The translations under genes and the position numbers were made by a program. A stretch of DNA of 63,231 bases, the filler included, from Chiloscyllium plagiosum (lineage: Eukaryota): the NCBI RefSeq assembly GCF_004010195.1. It is 4 parts of one record of this genome, joined end to end, with 100 filler letters (N's around TTAATTAATTAA, not from the genome) between each part and the next. Parts side by side here need not be neighbours in the genome. Positions count along the whole stretch, not along the records: positions 52,060 to 63,231 come from NC_057714.1; 3 more parts are not named here. One strand, 5' to 3'. A model generated the notes under the pieces. It was not told the DNA's origin. It did no database searches and worked only from the letters and a program-made list of their open reading frames with translations. Positions 62,897-63,231 of the stretch are shown here, in pieces; positions within the stretch are counted from its first letter, which is position 1; every line of letters starts with the position of its first letter.

Positions 62897-63231
62897 GAGA
62901 ATGGAGAGGGATAAGTATGCACTACAGGCAAGAGTTATAGCTGGGGGCAGGGAAATTATGATGCGGTGAGGCATGACTTAGGATGTGTGGCTTGGAAAAG
63001 TAAGCTTCAAGGCAAGGGCGTAATTGACATGTGGAGCTTGTTCAAGGAGCAACTATTGAGTGTCCTTGATAAGTATGTACCTGTCAGGCAGGGAGGAAAG
63101 GGTCGTGTGAGGGAGCCGTGGTTTAATAAGGAATTGGAACCCCTTGTTAAATGGAAGAGGGCGGCCTATGTAAAGATGAGGCGTGAAGGTCCAATTGGGG
63201 CGATTGAGAGTTATAAGGTAGCCAGAAAGGA
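62897..63231 (+). mobile_element. CR1 ORF2 internal fragment (between endonuclease and RT), runs off the window
   Basis: Reads MWSLFKEQLLSVLDKYVPVRQGGKGRVREPWFNKELE. Confidence 0.8.

Overview
Repeat-dense, AT-rich eukaryotic DNA with no recognisable host protein-coding exon, so probably an intergenic or deep intronic region. The repeat complement (HE1-type V-SINEs, HER1/CR1 LINEs, a Deu-domain SINE, abundant Penelope-like elements) points to a cartilaginous fish, most likely a shark; this is inference. Nearly all tracked ORFs are transposon debris or chance. Three 100-nt scaffold gaps carry an artificial TTAATTAATTAA linker. Highlights: (1) at least 12 hammerhead-ribozyme-like cores in the 3' ends of several Penelope subfamilies, including 75-230 bp insertions with 12-15 bp target-site duplications (TSDs), some of them fold-back palindromes; (2) a decayed Ty1/Copia (GalEa-like) pol region, a lineage uncommon in vertebrates; (3) PIF/Harbinger remnants, namely a transposase and a spliced Myb/SANT partner gene; (4) a composite element with a 23-bp VNTR and a LINE-like tail; (5) four solo LTRs; (6) LINE fragments bracketed by inverted terminal duplications. 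Family names come from recalled motifs, not database searches, and boundaries of old repeats are approximate.
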